This document shows positions 55,084-64,000 of a DNA stretch of 64,000 nt, one piece after another. A program made the translations under genes and the position numbers. Each line of letters begins with the position of its first letter. Positions within the stretch are counted from its first letter, which is position 1. Origin of the DNA: Octopus vulgaris (lineage: Eukaryota); NCBI GenBank assembly GCA_951406725.2, contig OX597821.1:29450001-29514000 (forward strand), in the 5' to 3' direction. Under the pieces are notes generated by a model, which worked only from the letters and a program-made list of their open reading frames with translations, ran no database searches and had not been told where the DNA came from.

Positions 55084-57177
55084 CAGAGAGAGAGAGAGTA
55101 TAGCCATGTGGTTATAGTTCGTTTATAGTTCCCACATCTTTTATTTCCATCTTTCTATTAAAATACACTGATTTTGCTTCAGTTAATTTCTACAATAATA
55201 AAGAACTTTGTAAAATAACTGTCATTAATGAAGCTCCTGTTTGTAGCATAAATTGACATGAAACTTGAAGGAATGTTTAAATTTAGATAACTTTAAAATA
55301 GTGTATGTCATAGAACCAAGGGCAGTCTTGGGTAAGATATGAAAGGAACTAAACCAAATGAAAAACTGAGTCTACAATCCAAAACTTCTATGCTTTCCAC
55401 TAAAAGATTATTAGATTATATACAATGGCTCCTTCTCCATTTTTTCCAGCTAGAATGCAAGAACATGAAGAATTTTGAAGATTTTTAACTTGTGCAAGTT
55501 AAAAAACCAATTCCTACAAGTTTCCAACCTTATTATGGTGTCATGGTTTGAGTGCCTCAATGAGCCTCAGAACTATGCCAACATATCCAATAATTGGACC
55601 TATGATCTGATGTCAATCATTTCCAGGATTTCATACTTTAGGAAATGGTTAATCTTATAAGGCACAGTGCATTTAACAAATGTTCTGGATTTCTGATATA
55701 TAGGATTTAACTGAGTCTGCAAATCTTAATGCTTAAAACTAAAAAAAAAATAAATAAATAACACAGACAAACTGAGTGAATGGTGTATAATTACTTCAGA
55801 TTTTCTTGACCACCACCAGAGATAAAAATTATATTTGCACTCAGAACAGTATCCAAGACATAAAACAACTAGTTCAAAGGAAAATAATAGCTTCTACTCC
55901 TCAGTGATAGCTGGTCTCAAGCCACCTCCACTCAAGTATTCGCAATCTACTTGTTTCCTCTTGCTATTACCTTCCACATAGCCATCCCTCCCCAGCCTTT
56001 ACAATTTCCTCCCTGTTCATCTTTTTCTCATAGGTGTTAACTTGAAGGATATTAATGGCATAAATTCTACCATCTAGAAGGGCCTGGAAAGATTGAGCAT
56101 TGCCCCTTTCTCCAGATTTTGTTGGCATAAAACATATATAAGAAACAGAGTTGGTACCTTATTTGACCCTCGGCTCAGAGCCCTCTAATCCAAAATCTAT
56201 TGCAGATAATTTGTTATTTCACTTGATATACAGGTAAGAACTCACATTAAAACCTTCTGGGAATTACACCTAAGATAAACTGGCATCTTACACCAGGGGG
56301 TTGACTTTTCTCTTATCTGCTTAATACAATCTAAGAGCTTCAGAAACCACCTAACCACCCAGAAGTGAAAACATTACAGTATGACTAGTCATCTAGCTAT
56401 TGACTCCACCCTCATTATATTAAAAATGAAATCCCGGAAATAAAGGAGAAGTAATAACAAAAAAAAATTTTTTTTTTCTTTTAATATAACAGAAAATAAA
56501 CACAAAATGCAGACAGATGTTCCCCATAACACACACATACACAATTTCAACAGTAACTCAGAGAGCAACAGAAACAAAAAAATATACATGAATAGATAAA
56601 TCCAAGGAGCAGGGCCAACATTTCTACGTAGTTGAGAACACATGTATATATATATATGGTCCAACAACAAAAATTAAAAACAAACAAAAGAAATATTTGC
56701 AAATTGAAGTATCTAAGGTAAAAAAAAAAGAATAATAATTTTGATGTTCATTAGTTACAATTTTTGTTGTTCTAGTTATTGTAGCTGTTGCCAACATTTT
56801 ACTGTTTCGTGTGTGTGTGAGTGTGCGTATTACACCTTTTGTTTTATTGCAGATGCTTAACTGATTTATATATGCTGTTCTACAACTTAATGGAATATCT
56901 CAGTTACAATACCAACAACAGACAGTGGTGTGTGTTGTTCTGACCTTCATATTCAGAGCCAGAAGGAGAGGACTAAACTCCATAAAAAAAAAAAAATATC
57001 TATGCAGAAACGTGTGGATATTTGCATGAGCAATGCCTATGATACATAAATCTGCACCTATATCAGGAATCTAAATACTGACACTACTCCATGCACTTTG
57101 ATACATTACCATGCATTACATTTACACTAACATTCATTACAGCAATTGGAAATTAATATTAAAACTTCAGTATATTA

Positions 57178-57245
57178 TTGCTTGCTTCTCAACCACATGG
57201 TTCCACGTTCAGTCAAATGACTGAAACAAGCAAAAGATAAAAAAA
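57178..57245 (+). mobile_element. Internally deleted SINE A
   Basis: Head gcttgcttctcaaccacatggttccacgttCAGTC is joined directly to tail CAGTCaaatgactgaaacaagcaaaagataaaa. Confidence 0.8.
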
Positions 57246-57576
57246 AAAAGAAAAGATATCCACACATACACACACATACAATGATATAGTAGTACTGCTT
57301 AGATTTCCAATACAGCAGCTAATGATTGAGCGTCTATGTTCATTTAGATTACCATTATTATTCTTGTGATGCTTATATAAGTTCTTTAGAAGTTCTCCCT
57401 TTGGTTTTGTCTTGAGTGTATTCATCAGCTTATTAATTGTGTGTACCCATTTGCAGTCCTAGTGGTTTAGGTTTCACCCATTGTTTGGTATGAGACAAGG
57501 TCTAGTTGTATTGTTTCTGTTCTTGCTTCATTTTATATTTGATCAGATCTAGAAGCATGTTTTTATTTGGTTATTA

Positions 57577-57947
57577 AAAACAGCACCATCTGAGCGTGAT
57601 CATTGCCAGAGCAGCCAACTGGCTTCCGTACCCGTGGCACGTAAAAGGGCACCATTCGAGCATGATCGTTACCAATGTCGCTTCACTGGCACCTGTGCCG
57701 GTGGCACGTGCAAAAAGATTCAAGCAAGGTCGTTGCCAGTGCCGCCCGACTGACCCCCATGCCAGTGGCATGTAAAAAGCACCCACTACACTCTCGGAGT
57801 GGTTGGCGTTAGGAAGGGCATCCAGCTGTAGAAACTCTGCCAGATCAAGATTGGAGCCCGGTGCAGCCATCTGGCTCGCCAGCCCTCAGTCAAAATCGTC
57901 CAACCCATGCTAGCATGGAAAGCGAACGTTAAACGATGATGATGATG
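57577..57947 (+). mobile_element. 5'-truncated RTE LINE 3' end (subfamily 2)
   Basis: About three UTR repeat units plus the tail ending aaacgatgatgatgatg. Confidence 0.9.
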
Positions 57948-60623
57948 AGTACATCAGGAAAGATGAACTGATAAGCTGAGTGGTAGGGATACAGAAAAAT
58001 TACTTTAAAAAAAAGCCATTTCCTAATCTAAACAAAAATGTGCAAGTTCATTTGTTCATTTTCATACAATGAGGAACAGGCATAGCCATTTGGAAACAGG
58101 GTTTACTTTGTAGCAATTTGGCTTTGAATTTTATCTGACAGAGTGGTAATTTTGACTGTACCTTTCATCATTGTAACTTCAAGCTGACCAATGCCTTATG
58201 AATGGAATTAGTAGGCAAGAACTGTATAGTAATCTACTGTGTATGGGTGTATGTATGAGCATGTATGTGAGTGTAATTGTATCTGTGTGAATGTTTCCAT
58301 TTCACATTTTCAAAGACAATTAGAATGAAAACGAAGTCCCTTAAGTGAAAACAGGTAAGGTTTAATTATTGGAAAGGCATGTGGCAGCAAAAGTATGCCT
58401 CACTAATAAGTATCCTTCAAATCCATGCTAGCATGGAAAAACAAAATTAACAAAGGTACAAAATATGAATAAGCGCTTATAGTAAATACAAACTGCATGC
58501 CTAACATTCATAAATGAAACACAACTGATGCTTAAGTACAATACTGCAAACCAGTAGGTGTAAATATTAACATATTTTAGAGAATTTACTGAAAGGAATT
58601 ATTCAGGGCTACTGTTAGTATGAAAAAACAACAGTTGCTTAATTGTTAAAATGTTTAATGTAAGGAACAATAAAAAGCTAATTAGAACAGCTTATCTAGA
58701 GGCAAAACTGTAGCCTTTGGCTTAAACTCATCACTACACTGTCCAAAATTTTGTACTGTACTTAACAATCATGCTATGTAGAGCTGTGTATATGTGCGTG
58801 TATGTGTCTGTGTGAGTGTAAACTCAAATTAGTAAGTCCAATACTTGTGATCTCTTCTAGGACTTCATAGAGTGCAGGCAGAAGGGAAGAATTTATAATC
58901 AGAGCAGAAACATAGTCCAAATACTTGCAACAATGCGGATTCCCAAAAAAGTATCCAACGGTCAAGCAACTGCATTGAACATGGGTGGTAAACATAATCC
59001 ATTGCTGGATTTAGAGATACTTTAGGTGCCTTTATCAGAGTCCTCTCTGTTGCAAGCATTCACACAGGGTCTCTAGTTTAAAGATACCGTCTTTACTCTC
59101 AACCACCAATCTCAATAGCCCTGTAGAGGGGCACTGGGCACTGCCTGCCCTTCATTCTGATCAAAAAACAAAAACAAAATGAAAAACTAAAAACAGATAT
59201 CACATTAAAAATCCACCACCCAAGTATGTGTACAAAAAGATCACATTTCCAGTATGCAAGTATGTGTGGTTGGAGGAATGGGTGGATGTATATACAAATA
59301 TACAAACCCAGTTTCATCAAAATATTTTTTTCGAGTCGTCCGGTTTCACAACACCTGGCTGATGTTTATACATTAGTCTGTTTATGTTATTACATTAAAT
59401 TTCTGTTTGTATATATTGCTTACTGTATCACTAAATCTGATTTCATATTTCAGTATCTTCAACTAATCACATTCACACACCTGGACTGGTGTATGTGCGT
59501 GTATTTGAAGAAACACAGAAAGTTAAACAGGGAAACAAGGAGGAAGAACGCTGGGGATGAATGAAGGATAAACATCTATTGATGACTACTAATGACCTAT
59601 GATCAAAAGCTTTCCAGCTGGGACCAGTCAGTCTTTTCTGTGCATATATCAGTAGTTACATTATTTCAGTTTTATAAGACCTTATCCATGAAATTTTGTC
59701 TAAACATTACTGCTAGATCTTAGAATTAGAAATGAAGATTTTTAATGAAGTACAAGAATGGCTGTGTGGTAAAGAAATTCATTTCTCAACCCTGTGGCTT
59801 CAGGTTCAGTTCCACTGCACAGCACATTGCTGTAGTCCTAGGTAAATACCTAGTGATGGTGAGTAATTGAGATAGTAAGATTAGTAGATGCTGATGTAGA
59901 AAGACATACAGAAGAGAGAGAGGGAGAAAGATGGCACACACTAAAAGAGGATAATGGTGTATCAAATATAGACACAGGGTTGGAAAAGAAGTAGAACGAT
60001 GGAGGGGTGATAGTGAAAGTGAGGCAGAGTGATAAAGAGTGATAGTGGAGAGGATTAAATAAGGACACAATAAGTGCCATCTGTTGATGCAAACAGCAGC
60101 ATGGTGCTTCAAATAAGCAAGACAATGAAAGATGAAAGAGTAATGAAGAGAGCAGTTGGAAGTTTAATTTAACTTTCAGTTGTATGTGTGTGCATGTGTC
60201 CCCTTTTAGTCCTTATTCTTTGACTTGTATCAGTTATTGGGCCGTGCCCATATTAAGGTGTCACCAATTCAACTCCAACAATTATTTTTAAGTTTGATAC
60301 TTATAAAATCAATCTCATTTTGCTGAACTGCTAAATTATGGGGATGCAACAAATCAATATTGGTTCTTAAGCTAAAAGGGACACATACATGCATTATTGT
60401 ATCACTACATCTTGACTGCTTAACGGTTTTCATATCCTAAATTCTCATACAATTCAGTGGTCAGTCTGGACTCATAGTAGAAAACACTTTCCCAAGGTCC
60501 TGCAATATGACACAACCCCAAACCACATGGTTACAAAGCAAACTTCTTAACTGCAGAGCTAACCAGTGAACCGCCCCCCTACTACCACACACACACACAC
60601 ATATATACATATGATCACGTACA

Positions 60624-60654
<31 letters not shown>

Positions 60655-61797
60655 GTACTAGTACATGGAAACAGTAAAATTGATATAAAGAGGCACTAAG
60701 TGCAACTTGCATCATAACACAATGCTTTTATGAATTATATGCTCACATACACTGCATTTAATAGTCCAGTACCTACCTGAACTTCAAAGAATCAACTAAG
60801 GCTCTGAACTAAATTGCAATTATGGTCAAATGGTCAAATACAAAACTTGCTACAATAAAGGACAGTAGGAGCTATTGAAAGCAATTTAATTAGGCACGAG
60901 CATTATGTTTGATGCAAAGCTAATCATATGGTTGACATGTGCAAACTTGTTCACTGTTCACTTGACATCCAGTTTACAAACCATTCGTGGATTTTTTTCA
61001 GTTGATTGATCCAAAGAGTAAAGAAAACACAAAATCAAATAGAATAAGAAAATGAAATATATGGCAAAAAAAAAAAGAAAACAGACATTAATTTTTACAG
61101 TATGGTTTCATGTTTTTAAATTACACAATTTTATTTTAATAATTATAATGGTAGTCACCAGGGAAACTTTTCATCAGATGCTATTTCTTTGTCGTCCAAC
61201 AAAAGGAATTCACTAATGTGAAGACATTTAGATGCAAGAGAGTAATTACTTTTTTTTTATTCTGGTAAAGACAGAAAACAAACAAAAACTACCTTCATTG
61301 ATGGAAAATAATGAAAATACAAAACTGCTTATTTATTTTTTTATATATTTATTTTTTGTGAGAGTTACAGGTTGCATGCATTAGAAGACAAAGTAAGGTG
61401 GACTGGCAGACATGTAATATGAATTCATCATTTGTTTTCTGTGTAAGAGAAAACGAACAGTGCTGCAAATTGATGGTGGAAAAGTTAATTTGTTCCTTTG
61501 TCCACCTGTTCGTTTCCCATGTTAGTGCTATCAAACAAATATATTATTGAGCCACTCTGTTACAGCTGGATGCTCTTGCTGTAGCTAACCAAACTGTTTC
61601 TCAAGTAAGGGATTTGTTATTGCAAACATCTTTATAATTGCAAAACTACAGGATGATTTGTTGATAGAGGATATGACATCATCACCACTTGCAGCTCAGT
61701 GACTTTCAAAGAAGAACAACTGTAAACCAGCACATAAACACACACATACACACACTGCAGTATGTTATTTTTTTATGTGCATATGTGTGTGTGCAAT

Positions 61798-62135
61798 CAT
61801 CATCGTTTAATGTCCGCTTTCCATGCTAGCATGGGTTGGATGGTTCGACTGGGGTCTGGGAAGCCAGGAGGCTGCACCAGGCCCAGTCTCATCTGGCAGT
61901 GTTTCTACAGCTGGATGCCCTTCCTAATGTCAACCACTCTGTGAGTGTAGTGGGTACTTTTTACGTGCCATCGGCACGTTGCCAGGCGAGGCTAACAACA
62001 GCCACGATCGGTTGGTACTTTTTAAGTGTCACTGGCACGGAGGCCAGTCAGGGCGGCACTGGCAATGGCCACGTTCGGATGGTTCTTTTACGTGCCACCA
62101 GCACTGGTATCACAACTACAATTTCCACTGATTTT
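61798..62135 (-). mobile_element. 5'-truncated RTE LINE 3' end (subfamily 1)
   Basis: catcatcgtttaatgtccgctttccatgctagc...; diagnostic ggttcgactggggtctgggaagcc. Confidence 0.88.
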
Positions 62136-62950
62136 TGAGCGATTTCGATTTCGATTCCGATTTCAATATATATATATATATTACTCGAAAACAAATGGAA
62201 AGTTTAAAACATCACTACCTGTGTTTCAATAGAGGGCTTTAATGGTTTACTCCAAAAACAAACAAAGCTCATTATATAATATTAGATAATGTTAAGTAAA
62301 TTTGTATTGCTACATAACTACCCTATTTCATCGGGTGATCTTCTGCCAAATATTTTGTTGAAATACCAATCAGACATACACACATAACAGGCTTCTTTCA
62401 GTTTCCATCTACCAAATTCATTCAAAAGTTTTGGTCAGCTTGGAAACTATAGTTGAGGACACTTGTACAAGGTACCATGGATTGGGACTGAACCAAAGCT
62501 ATATGATTGTAAAGCAAATGATTTAACCACACAGCCACGCCTGTATTTATATGCGGGAAAGATATCAGCAGATATTTTTCTATAAAAATTTAGGAAGTCA
62601 CAGTTTACATTTGTCTTGAGAACGTTCAGTCTTACATTTGAGAACACAAGAGAATTTATACACTAGCACCCTAACCACTATATAGCTCTAAATCGAATAT
62701 TCAAGAAATCTTTTGAAGTCAGTTCATTTCATTTTTTTTTTTTATGTATACAGAGAGACTTGGCAAAAGTAAATCACAAAAGGGAGTGGGTAGCTATCTA
62801 GCTCTGTGATCACTCAAAAAAAACATTTTTTTTTTCAACAAATTTATTACTATATAACTGAAGATTAGGTTCAGTCCCACTGCAAGTTACTTGGGTTAGT
62901 ATCTTCAACAATAGCCCCATGAAGCCAAAGCCTTGTGAATGGGTTTGGTA

Positions 62951-63024
62951 TGATGGACCGTGAAGTCTGGCATAACATAGTAAATTCCATTGTCTCGACC
63001 ACAGTCGAACAATGATGATGATGA
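62951..63024 (+). mobile_element. 74-nt extreme 3' end of a second RTE-like LINE, inserted into a SINE B copy
   Basis: Encodes MDREVWHNIVNSIVSTTVEQ*; stem-loop tcgac-caca-gtcga; (TGA)n tail; TSD ttggta at 62945-62950 and 63025-63030. Confidence 0.7.
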
Positions 63025-64000
63025 TTGGTAGATGGAAACTGTATGGAAGCTTGCCATGAGTGTGTATATGTGCGCATATATATATATACATACATATGTA
63101 TAAATATACGTGTGTGTTTGCATGCATGTATTTATGTGTATATGCATGTATTTGTCTCTCCTTGTTTCGGCATAGTGCGATACTGGTAAATGAGTGTCTG
63201 CTATTTCAGAGATGACTTTTGGTTTCAAATTTTCTATGGAAACATGTGCAGCCATAGGGAAATGTCACCTTGCTTCAAATCATGTGGCTTCAGGAATGGC
63301 TTCTCCACAGTGGATGTTAGAATGATGATGATGATGAGATTGGTAGGTAGGTTGTCAGGTAGGCAGATAGGCAGACAGATTCGTATAAACACATATTCAC
63401 AGATGTAAATATATCCACGTTGATCCCACCAATAATGGAACAGGAAACTATGTGTGTGTGTGTGTGTGTGTGAATATATACACATACATGTCATGCATAA
63501 ACAAATATGCATGCATATATATATATCTACATTTACATGCACATACATATACAAGCACACACCTATACACACTCATATACATACACACATACATCAACCT
63601 ATATGTAAAAGCATTCAACCCACTAAATATTCAGAGACAGAAATCTTTTGTTTGCTCGATTTTGTTTCTTGGTTTTTTTTTGTCTTTTTTTCTTTTTTTT
63701 TTTTGTAATTGCATTTTTTTTATTTGTAAAACATCTAGTATGACATGGGTTAGAATGTAACAAAAACAAAAAAAAACATGCTCTATTGCAAACCTACTCA
63801 ACTCATGCCAGCAAAGCAGGGAACAAGAGAGAGATGGGGGTAAGGTTATTAAAGAAAAAAAAAATGCTAACAGGATATTGGAGATGATGATGATAAAACA
63901 GTCTGAAGGAAAATGTCTTAGTAAGAATGATGATTCATAGGCAGTTAATATGGTTTTACTTCCTGGTATTTATTCAATTATATGTATTCAACATGCATTT

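Noticed and set aside
55960-56380. Possible ancient LINE coding remnant (similar impressions at ~23.0-23.6, 25.0-25.4 and 58.8-59.1 kb)
   Set aside because: Too many stops and no diagnostic motif that I can read confidently; needs a translated search against a repeat protein library.

Overview
AT-rich, microsatellite- and retroposon-dense animal DNA, most likely from an Octopus genome (inferred from my recall of the SINE/RTE repertoire, not from a database hit). No intact host protein-coding gene is visible: nearly all supplied ORFs are translations of (TA)n, (CA)n, (GACA)n or (CAC)n repeats or of SINEs. The only recognisable protein remnants are non-LTR retrotransposon pieces: an RTE reverse transcriptase with an embedded PHD-like finger (52.6-53.8 kb), an R4/Dong-type endonuclease (35.1-35.6 kb) and an L1/Tx1-like 3' end (29.3-29.8 kb). 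Also present are several tRNA-derived SINE families, two short Helitrons, hAT, piggyBac-like and pogo-like MITEs, and Penelope-type fragments, one carrying a minimal hammerhead ribozyme. The window looks like a very large intron or an intergenic region. The best non-repeat signals are a candidate recursive-splicing ratchet point on the minus strand (49480/49481) followed by a 94-nt exon with stops in all frames, and a candidate 39-nt frame-preserving microexon on the plus strand (5622-5660). Repeat boundaries were read by eye and are approximate unless a terminus or target-site duplication (TSD) is quoted.
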